This document shows, piece after piece, positions 1-7,504 of a stretch of DNA of 64,000 nt. The notes under the pieces are model-generated. The model did not search any database, was not told the origin of the DNA, and worked only from the letters and a program-made list of their open reading frames with translations. The stretch lies in contig OZ242320.1 in assembly GCA_965208125.1 (NCBI GenBank), positions 1,408,001 through 1,472,000 of the forward strand, written 5' to 3'. The position numbers were made by a program, and so were the translations under genes. The number at the start of each line of letters is the position of its first letter. The first letter of the stretch is position 1. Origin of the DNA: Candidatus Latescibacterota bacterium. Its GTDB lineage: Bacteria > Latescibacterota > UBA2968.

Positions 1-2
1 AC

Positions 3-269
3 GCGCGCTATTGTTCGCGCCAATTCTTCAATTATGAAACCGCAATCCCGGGCACAGGGCACTGTATCACAACATATACAGACGACGGCAACCCCCTGCC
101 CTCATTCCAGGGAGAACCGTATCCCGTCGAATTATTCGACGACATACAGCAAACCGCCGATATATTCTGGAACCTGTTAGACGAAGACAATCGCGTCTCA
201 CTACTCGTAAAATTCATCCACCCCGAGACCTCTGATCTGGTAATCGTGAACAAATACGGATCGAGATAA
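3..269 (+). CDS. 3' end of IMP cyclohydrolase-like protein (PurO-like family), truncated by window edge
   Basis: Frame 3 is open from base 3 to TAA 267-269: ...GHCITTYTDDGNPLPSFQGEP...FWNLLDEDNRVSLLVKFI...IVNK. This resembles the C-terminus of bacterial IMP cyclohydrolase-like proteins. Not in the ORF track. Confidence 0.75.
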   Translation, partial: ARYCSRQFFNYETAIPGTGHCITTYTDDGNPLPSFQGEPYPVELFDDIQQTADIFWNLLDEDNRVSLLVKFIHPETSDLVIVNKYGSR

Positions 270-272
270 AAG

Positions 273-310
273 CAGGATGAAAGGATTTTCAGGATAAAAA
301 ACCCGCAGGA
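273..310 (+). repeat. Intergenic repeat family A (CAGGAT..GGATTTTCAGGAT..ACCCG.AGGA), copy 1
   Basis: Near-copy at 1426-1463; reverse-complement relative at 20837-20872. Confidence 0.55.
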
Positions 311-322
311 AGGAGCACCTCC

Positions 323-1423
323 ATGGAACCAATCAAATACGGTATGTTCATCATGCCCTTTCACGCCCCGGACAAGCCATTGAGTCAGGGATTTGACGAG
401 GATTTGGAACTCGTTGTCAAAGCAGAGGAACTGGGCTTTGATGAATTTTGGATCGGCGAACACCACACCATGAAATACGAAACCATTGTCACGCCCGAAA
501 TTTTCATCGGACGCGCCCTGGGTGAGACCCAGCGAATCCGCCTGGGACCGGCACCGGTCTGTTTGAACCTGCACCACCCCGCCTATGTCGCCAGCCGTCT
601 ATCTTTTTTGGATCACCTATCCAAAGGCCGACTCAATCTGTGCTTTGGCCCGGGCAGTGTCACCTCAGATCAGGAACTGTACGGCCTGGATCCCAAATCG
701 GGCGGCGCAATGACCGGGGAAGCCATTGACGCCATCCTCAACTTGTGGGCATCGGATCCACCCTATGAGCACCGGGGGAAATACTGGCAGTTCCAACTCA
801 AAGACAATATTGACGAAGAAACCCAGATCGGCTTCATCCACAAACCCTTTCAGCAACCCCACCCGCCCATTTCTATGCCGGGAATGAGCCGCAACTCACA
901 CAGCATGCAAACAGCTGGCGAGCGCGGCTTCCAGCCCTTTTCCGCCTGCCTGATATCGGGCAACGTAGTAGCCGACAACTGGCAGATCTACGAACAGAGC
1001 GCCCTGCAAGCGGGACGGCAGCCGCAGCGGACCGACTGGAAAATCGCCCGCTCAATCTTTCTCGCCGACACCACGGCCGAAGCTGTGAAAAAGGCGCGGC
1101 ACAATTCCCTGGCAAAAAATTACGAATACATCGGGCGCCTATTCGACAGAGGCCTGGGGCGCCAGGTGTACAAACGCGATCTGGACATGCCCGACTCCGA
1201 GTGCAATCTGGACTATTTGATGACCGAACAGATCATCGCTGGCGATGTCGATGAAGCACTGCGCCGCTTGCTGGCTCTGTTCGAGGAAACCGGTCCCTTT
1301 GGCACGCTCGTACTAATGGGCTACGACTGGGACGACAAAGATAGTTGGATATACAGCATGGAATTGTTCGCCCGTGAACTAATGCCAGCTTTGAACAAAG
1401 CAGTGGGCGCAGTACCGGGCTAA
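323..1423 (+). CDS. LLM-class flavin-dependent oxidoreductase (luciferase-like monooxygenase)
   Basis: YGMFIMPFH, AEELGFDEFWIGEHH and DHLSKGRLNLCFGPG motifs; AAGGAG RBS. Confidence 0.92.
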   Translation: MEPIKYGMFIMPFHAPDKPLSQGFDEDLELVVKAEELGFDEFWIGEHHTMKYETIVTPEIFIGRALGETQRIRLGPAPVCLNLHHPAYVASRLSFLDHLSKGRLNLCFGPGSVTSDQELYGLDPKSGGAMTGEAIDAILNLWASDPPYEHRGKYWQFQLKDNIDEETQIGFIHKPFQQPHPPISMPGMSRNSHSMQTAGERGFQPFSACLISGNVVADNWQIYEQSALQAGRQPQRTDWKIARSIFLADTTAEAVKKARHNSLAKNYEYIGRLFDRGLGRQVYKRDLDMPDSECNLDYLMTEQIIAGDVDEALRRLLALFEETGPFGTLVLMGYDWDDKDSWIYSMELFARELMPALNKAVGAVPG

Positions 1424-1425
1424 GA

Positions 1426-1463
1426 AGGCTGATAAAAATTTTCAGGATTAGAAACCCGTAGGA
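1426..1463 (+). repeat. Intergenic repeat family A, copy 2
   Basis: ATTTTCAGGATTAGAAACCCGTAGGA matches ATTTTCAGGATAAAAAACCCGCAGGA at 285-310. Confidence 0.55.
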
Positions 1464-1509
1464 TTGCCCGTGTACATTCAAGTCATACTTTCACACCAAA
1501 GGACAAAGC

Positions 1510-2523
1510 ATGCCTGAACCTAAACTCGGTCAACTTGAGTCTGTAGATATACGTAAAGTATGGCAGGACGAAGCACAAGACTTCACCCCTTGGCTCGCCA
1601 AAGAAGATAATCTCGCTCTCCTCTCCGAAACTCTTGATATGGAACTCGAGCTAGAAGCACAGGAAAAGTCTGTTGGTCCATTTCGAGCTGACATCTTGTG
1701 CAAAGACACTGCCAACGATTCTTGGGTGCTGATCGAGAATCAATTAGATAGAACAAATCATCGACATGTAGGACAGCTCATCACATACTCCGCCGGGTTG
1801 CAGGCGGTAACTATCATCTGGATCGCAGGTGCTTTCACTGATGAGCATCGTGCCGCACTCGATTGGCTAAACGAAATCACAAAAGACGACTTCAGGTTCT
1901 TCGGGCTGGAGATTGAGCTATGGAAAATTACCGATTCACCTGTGGCACCTAAATTTAATATCGTTTCGAAACCAAACGACTGGAGCCAATCCGTTAGACA
2001 AACTACACACGGTGGCGATCTATCTGAACGTGACATACTGTTGCAAAGTTACTGGTCAGCTCTCCGTGACCATCTGATCGCTAAGAACAGTCCCGTAAAG
2101 TCGCAGACTCCGAAAGCACAGCAGTGGGCTAATTTCGCTATCGGCACGAGTTCTTTTAATCTGCGTGCTTCCATAAGTACTCAAAAAGAGCAATTGCAAG
2201 TGGCATTGCTAATAGGAGGACCGGACTCAGAAGCCCACTTCAATCTGTTAGAGCAGGATCAACAAATAATCGAACAAGAGATCAAAGAAAGCCTTGATTG
2301 GCGATCTCGACCAGCCGGAAAAAAAAACGTAATATCCGTCTTCAAAACAAATGTAGACCCGTCCAATGAAGATGACAGGGACAATCAAATAAAGTGGATA
2401 GTTGACATGCTTGAACGCTTTAACTCAACATTTCGTCCGCTCGTCAAAGGTCTTGATGCATCAGAGTGGGTACCAGATAAAGACGAGTACGATGACGATC
2501 TGGAAGAAGAAAATGACAATTAA
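1510..2523 (+). CDS. DUF4268 domain protein with N-terminal NucS/PD-(D/E)xK-like endonuclease domain
   Basis: W..EAQDFTPWLA, GPFRADILC, VLIENQL..T.H.H.GQLITY motifs; C-terminal DUF4268-like region. Confidence 0.85.
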   Translation: MPEPKLGQLESVDIRKVWQDEAQDFTPWLAKEDNLALLSETLDMELELEAQEKSVGPFRADILCKDTANDSWVLIENQLDRTNHRHVGQLITYSAGLQAVTIIWIAGAFTDEHRAALDWLNEITKDDFRFFGLEIELWKITDSPVAPKFNIVSKPNDWSQSVRQTTHGGDLSERDILLQSYWSALRDHLIAKNSPVKSQTPKAQQWANFAIGTSSFNLRASISTQKEQLQVALLIGGPDSEAHFNLLEQDQQIIEQEIKESLDWRSRPAGKKNVISVFKTNVDPSNEDDRDNQIKWIVDMLERFNSTFRPLVKGLDASEWVPDKDEYDDDLEEENDN

Positions 2524-3220
2524 AGCATTGACATTTGACGTATTTGGCACAGTAGTTGATTGGCGCAGTTCGGTCATCCGCGACGGTGAGCGATTGGGCA
2601 AACGATTGGAATTGGACGTAGATTGGGCCGCATTTGCCGATGCGTGGCGCGGAGGCTATGGCCCATCCATGAACCGCGTGCGCACGGGCGAATTACCCTG
2701 GACAAAAATCGACGACCTGCACCGCATGATCCTGGACGAACTCCTGAAAAAATTCGGCATCTCGGGATTATCCGAAGAAGAAATCGCGGACTTCAATCGC
2801 GTCTGGCATCGCCTCGACCCCTGGCCCGATGCCGCAGGCGGCTTGTGGCGGTTAAAATCGCGGTACCTCATCGCCACACTATCCAACGGCAATGTATCGC
2901 TACTCGCCAACATGGCGAAATACGGCGGATTGCCCTGGGATTGCATCTTATCCGCTGAATTAGCCGGACATTACAAACCCGACGCCGAGACCTATTTGAA
3001 AGCCATCGAACTGCTCAGTTGTGAACCCCGGGAAGTCATGATGGTCGCCGCCCATCAGGGCGACCTGCACCACGCAGCGCGCGTCGGCATGAAAACGGCT
3101 TATGTATTCCGACCCTTTGAGCGGGGTCCCAACGCAAAAAAAGACTTACCTCCCGATTTAGACTTCGACATCATAGCACATGATTTTCACGACCTCGCCG
3201 ATCAACTGGGGTGTTATTGA
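2513..3220 (+). CDS. Haloacid dehalogenase type II (HAD superfamily)
   Basis: TFDVFGTVVDWR, TLSNGN, YKPD, MMVAAH..D. Start placed at ATG 2513, overlapping the upstream gene end. Confidence 0.92.
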   Translation: MTIKALTFDVFGTVVDWRSSVIRDGERLGKRLELDVDWAAFADAWRGGYGPSMNRVRTGELPWTKIDDLHRMILDELLKKFGISGLSEEEIADFNRVWHRLDPWPDAAGGLWRLKSRYLIATLSNGNVSLLANMAKYGGLPWDCILSAELAGHYKPDAETYLKAIELLSCEPREVMMVAAHQGDLHHAARVGMKTAYVFRPFERGPNAKKDLPPDLDFDIIAHDFHDLADQLGCY

Positions 3221-3225
3221 CAAAC

Positions 3226-3954
3226 ATGAAACTCACCGATTTCAAAGTCCTGACATTTGATTGCTATGGCACGCTTATAGACTGGGAAACCGGGATGATC
3301 AAAGGACTGGAGCCGCTTCTATCAAAAATCGAACGAAAATTGTCGCGCAATGAAATCCTTCAAGCGCACGCGCGACACGAATCAACGCAACAAACCTGGA
3401 CACCGGGCATGCGCTATTCCGAACTCCTCGCCATCGTATATAAACGCCTCGCCGAAGAATGGGGCGTCGCCGTCACGCCCGATGAGTGCGCCGCTTATGG
3501 TCAATCGATAAAACAATGGCCGGCGTTCTCCGATTCTCCCGACGCGCTGCAATATCTGAAAAAGCACTACAAGCTCGTGATCCTATCCAACGTCGATAAC
3601 CACAGCTTCAAATACAGCAACGACCGTCTCGGTGTCGAGTTTGACGCCATATACACGGCTGAAGACATAGGATCGTATAAACCCGCGGACCGAAACTTCA
3701 AATACATGCTGGAACACCTGAAATCGCTCGGCATTGCAAAATCGGAAATACTACACACCGCAGAAAGCCTATTCCACGATCACATCCCAGCGAACAAAAA
3801 CGGACTCGCCTCCTGCTGGATCTACAGGCGCGTCAACGACGAAGGCTTCGGCGCAACCATAGACCCGGGCGCAATGCCAAACTACAATTTTCAATTCAAT
3901 AGTATGGCAGATCTCGTAAAAGCTCACCAAAAGGCTTTTTCAACGCTTTTTTAA
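3226..3954 (+). CDS. Haloacid dehalogenase type II, second subfamily
   Basis: TFDCYGTLIDWE, ILSNVD, GSYKP, HTAESLFHDH. Confidence 0.92.
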   Translation: MKLTDFKVLTFDCYGTLIDWETGMIKGLEPLLSKIERKLSRNEILQAHARHESTQQTWTPGMRYSELLAIVYKRLAEEWGVAVTPDECAAYGQSIKQWPAFSDSPDALQYLKKHYKLVILSNVDNHSFKYSNDRLGVEFDAIYTAEDIGSYKPADRNFKYMLEHLKSLGIAKSEILHTAESLFHDHIPANKNGLASCWIYRRVNDEGFGATIDPGAMPNYNFQFNSMADLVKAHQKAFSTLF

Positions 3955-3979
3955 CTCCCAATAATTTTAATAAGTGATC

Positions 3980-4267
3980 TCAAATAGGTGTCGCGTGCAA
4001 CCGAAAGCCCAATGCGTGTATAACCTTGAGCACCGTAGCAAAACCCGGATTGCCTTCAGGTGACAATGCTTTGTAAAGGCTTGTGCGTCCAAGACCTGTT
4101 TCACGGGCAATTTGGGTCATACCTTTGGCACAGGCGATATCGCCTAAGGCAGCAGTAATTAAATTGGGATCGCCATCCTCGAGTACGGCTTCGAGATATG
4201 CAGCGATATCTTCTTTAGTTTTCAGATGGGTCGCAGCATTCCAGGGATGTGTTTTCGTTTTTGCCAT
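3980..4267 (-). CDS. Addiction-module antidote (HTH antitoxin, HI1420-like)
   Basis: EDIAAYLEAVLEDGD...AKGMTQIARETGLGRTSLYKALS.EGNP; GAGGAG RBS; directly downstream of the toxin. Confidence 0.92.
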   Translation of the reverse strand: MAKTKTHPWNAATHLKTKEDIAAYLEAVLEDGDPNLITAALGDIACAKGMTQIARETGLGRTSLYKALSPEGNPGFATVLKVIHALGFRLHATPI

Positions 4268-4280
4268 GATTATCTCCTCA

Positions 4281-4571
4281 TCATAAATTGCGCGCCAAAC
4301 TCTGTGCTGTTTTAATATCTTGATCTTGTGTTCTTTTGTCACCACCTGCAAGTAGAATTACCAGTGTTTGTTCCCGCTGCTTAAAATACACGCGATAGCC
4401 CGGACCATAGTTAATTCGCAACTCTGAGACACCTTGTCCAACAGGTTTTACATCACCAAAGTTCCCCAGCGAGAGACGCCGAATTCGGGTATTGATACGT
4501 GCTCGTGCATGCCGATCACGTAGCTTGTCGAACCATTGGATGTAAACATTTGTCTGACGAATTTCTATCAT
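4281..4571 (-). CDS. Type II TA toxin, RelE/ParE superfamily (HI1419-like killer protein)
   Basis: GNFGDVKPVGQGVSELRINYGPGYRVYF...LLAGGDKRTQ. Confidence 0.93.
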   Translation of the reverse strand: MIEIRQTNVYIQWFDKLRDRHARARINTRIRRLSLGNFGDVKPVGQGVSELRINYGPGYRVYFKQREQTLVILLAGGDKRTQDQDIKTAQSLARNL

Positions 4572-4577
4572 CTATTA

Positions 4578-4606
4578 AATGTATCTTATAGGATACAAAA
4601 AAACAA
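4578..4606 (-). promoter_or_regulatory. TA promoter (TTGTTT-N17-TACATT) overlapped by an 18-bp palindromic operator at 4580-4597
   Basis: TGTATCTTATAGGATACA is 16/18 self-complementary. The -10 ends 6 nt before the toxin ATG, implying a leaderless mRNA. Confidence 0.6.
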
Positions 4607-4632
4607 GGGATTTGAAAGACAAGGAGGATACG

Positions 4633-6051
4633 TTGGCACACCCACACTTCGACGAAGCAGACTGGATCGCACGCCTGGCTACCGCTTTGGAAACCGTCGC
4701 GGCAAATGCCCGCCCCTTAAACTTTCCACTTCCACCTGAGATAATGCGATCCGGCCCAATCCCAACCCACGAGTTTTATTCAGCTCTACATCGTGAATAC
4801 CGAGATCTCGCGGCACGGGCGAAATATGATCCGGAGGCCTTGCGCCAGTTTAATAAATCGTATCTCCATGTTAAAACGGACCCTACCGAAGCGAGAGCTA
4901 TCCTGCGGGAACACCCTCTGATAAAGTCGGGACTAAATGGCTCAGGCAAGGATGAAGGGATCCAATTCAGTATTCTCAACAACAGCTTCGGCTTAAGTCT
5001 GACATCGCTCGTGTCGTGGCTCGCAAAACTCTCCTTGAAGGAAGGCGGTGCAGAGGCTGCTCAACGCCTGCATCGCTTCCTGAGTGCTGGAGCAAATGCG
5101 AGCGCGCCAGCGCACGAGATCACAGTCTTCCACGGACTGGTTGTGAAGAGACGTATCGATCTTGGCAATGGAGCTTACATCGCCCCGTACGAGTACGCCA
5201 GGAGCGAGTTCGACCTTCCCGAAGAACCTGAGCCGTGGCCAAAGTCGAGTCATCCAAATGCGACTGTGATTGTACGCAGCCTCCGCTATGGGCCCTGTGT
5301 TGCGCCGTCAGACGATGGTCCCGGCCTTCCCCAAGGGCAAATCTTTTACCGTTTTCCGACCAACTACCAGATCAATCTTGAGCGTTGGTTCAACGACAGC
5401 AAACTACTCGTCGATCTGCTTTCAATCGCCGCGCGGGTCCCATTGCTTTCCCGCACTCTTTATGTCCGCCTACCCAAATGGACAAAAGAAATCACTCCTT
5501 ACTATGACGCCTTTGGCACTCGGGTCTCCGAGGGCTTCATGTCCGACGTGTGGCCGAAAGGCCGCGACCTGTCAAAGGATGACGTAGATACATTCGTAGC
5601 ACTATCCCGCGGCTGGGGCGCATATGCGGGCAAATTGGACGCCATGAACCTTGCGATTCGTCGGTTAGCCGGTTCCTTCTCTCGTCCAGGTGGACAGTTC
5701 GGTGAGGAAGACCGCATTATAGACGTTGCCATCGCGCTGGAAGTATTTTATGGAGGTACGGGCCGCAAGCTCGCGCTACGCGCTGCGGGATTAATTGGAG
5801 AAAATGCCGAGGAACAAAAGCGGATATACGATCAGGCGAAGCACTTCTATAAAGTACGATCAAATATCGTACACTCGAAGAAGTCAACGCCTGCGCGGGA
5901 TTTGCTCTATCGGGATTTACTCTATAAAGAGCTTGAGGATGGACGCGACCTGGCCTGCCGTACTCTCGCGAGCCTGCTCAAGCGCGACACGCCAGTTCAG
6001 TGGGCAGACGTGATGCGTTGTCTGCAACCTGAAACGCGAACTTATATATAG
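4633..6051 (+). CDS. HEPN-domain protein (ApeA-like C-terminal HEPN RNase)
   Basis: C-terminal D..IALE..Y and YKVRSNIVH (Rx4H). AAGGAGG precedes TTG 4633. Confidence 0.75.
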   Translation: MAHPHFDEADWIARLATALETVAANARPLNFPLPPEIMRSGPIPTHEFYSALHREYRDLAARAKYDPEALRQFNKSYLHVKTDPTEARAILREHPLIKSGLNGSGKDEGIQFSILNNSFGLSLTSLVSWLAKLSLKEGGAEAAQRLHRFLSAGANASAPAHEITVFHGLVVKRRIDLGNGAYIAPYEYARSEFDLPEEPEPWPKSSHPNATVIVRSLRYGPCVAPSDDGPGLPQGQIFYRFPTNYQINLERWFNDSKLLVDLLSIAARVPLLSRTLYVRLPKWTKEITPYYDAFGTRVSEGFMSDVWPKGRDLSKDDVDTFVALSRGWGAYAGKLDAMNLAIRRLAGSFSRPGGQFGEEDRIIDVAIALEVFYGGTGRKLALRAAGLIGENAEEQKRIYDQAKHFYKVRSNIVHSKKSTPARDLLYRDLLYKELEDGRDLACRTLASLLKRDTPVQWADVMRCLQPETRTYI

Positions 6052-6334
6052 GCTAAGTACCAGCAGGACAAGTGATGCTCCAGCGTCCGGACAGCGTCAA
6101 TGAAGAACTTACGTGCAATAAATGCTGGTTCAACACCATCCAACCCTACGAACCCTACATTACTGACACACCCAAATCATAAGCGACATAATTAGTTGTC
6201 AATGCCATCACAGAACTCCAGTTGAAGAGAGTCATTCTAAACTTGATTTTTAATTGTGTTCACACAGTTCAGTAGCTATTATGAAACGCGGTTGGAAAGT
6301 GTCGAGTATTTCATTTGTCAGAGAGGAAATAAAA

Positions 6335-7492
6335 ATGTATTTGAGAGGGATCCATTTGGTGACAGACAATTTAGAAGACTCGGTCAACTTCTACGCCCAG
6401 ACCCTGGGACTGAAGGAAATAGAGCGCGAATCTGACAGGGTGGCTTTACAGGGGAAAGATATAGGTAGCTGTTTATTTCTCCATCAAAAGACCGCGGACA
6501 TGGATGAAGGATTAGATCACATATCCTTCACACTGGAAAACTTAGACAGCATTGTCCAGAAACTCAAGAACGCGGGCGTAGATGTCGAACTCAAAAACTA
6601 CGATGACGGGACGCGGACAGCCTATTTTTTTGGTCCTGAGGATGTAATAATAGGATTGACAACAACAGACCTGCCTGATATGTCAGGCAGCGAGGAAACA
6701 GAAATTCGGATTGATGGATTCGCCCTGAAAACGGATGATGTAGAGGACTCAGTACAATTCTATACCCAGATCCTGGGATTAAAGGAAATAGAGGGCCTAC
6801 GCTACGAGAACAATGAGGACTACGTTGGTTTGCAAGCGGGGAATATAGTCATAGAACTCTTATCGACTGGATGGTTTGGGTCTGGAGGCTTTGAACACAT
6901 AGACTTGACTGTGGACAACCTGGACAACACTGCCCAGAAACTCAAGAACGCGGATGTGGATGTCGAGTTTTACCAAGACGAGAAGACGGGTGAGACATTA
7001 GCTTCATTATATGACCCCGATGAGGAGGTGCAGATAATATTATCGTCGTTAGCCGAGAATGCAGAAACACAGATACCCCTGTCAGCCGAGGAAACAGAAA
7101 GCATAGATGGAAATACGGAAAGACCGAGTATCGGAGAAAAAGTGCGTTTCTGGGAGGAACAGGACCGAATCAACCAGGAGCTAATTCCTCGAGTCATTCG
7201 TCAGAACGAACTGCTAACCCAGCACATCGCTGAGCACGACAACTTACAGCAAATACTCAGCGACACTATCCAAAAGGCTCTATCTGAACAGGCCCAACAG
7301 TATGAATCAGCCCTGGATATCGCTCAAAAACAGCTAAACGAAATCCATGAACAAATCACTCAAAAGGCCCTGTCTGAGCAAGTGGAAATTCTACGCCAAG
7401 AGGCACGTCAGACCCGAAACAGACTTACCGCCATAGCTGCTGGCAGTGCTATCATCGCAATAACCGCGCTAATCGTCTCGGTGCTCTCTTAG
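6335..7492 (+). CDS. Tandem VOC/glyoxalase-domain protein with C-terminal coiled coil and TM anchor
   Basis: Two repeats (EDSV.FY.Q.LGLKEIE...HI..T..NLD...QKLKNA.VDVE), Q/E-rich helix, hydrophobic tail AIAAGSAIIAITALIVSVLS. Confidence 0.75.
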   Translation: MYLRGIHLVTDNLEDSVNFYAQTLGLKEIERESDRVALQGKDIGSCLFLHQKTADMDEGLDHISFTLENLDSIVQKLKNAGVDVELKNYDDGTRTAYFFGPEDVIIGLTTTDLPDMSGSEETEIRIDGFALKTDDVEDSVQFYTQILGLKEIEGLRYENNEDYVGLQAGNIVIELLSTGWFGSGGFEHIDLTVDNLDNTAQKLKNADVDVEFYQDEKTGETLASLYDPDEEVQIILSSLAENAETQIPLSAEETESIDGNTERPSIGEKVRFWEEQDRINQELIPRVIRQNELLTQHIAEHDNLQQILSDTIQKALSEQAQQYESALDIAQKQLNEIHEQITQKALSEQVEILRQEARQTRNRLTAIAAGSAIIAITALIVSVLS

Positions 7493-7504
7493 GAGATAGA
7501 TAAC

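Noticed and set aside
6049-6075. TAG followed by a short in-frame tail (AKYQQDK-TGA) after the HEPN gene; possible amber read-through
   Set aside because: Only 7 extra residues, no supporting structure and no pyl genes. An ordinary stop or a late nonsense change explains it.
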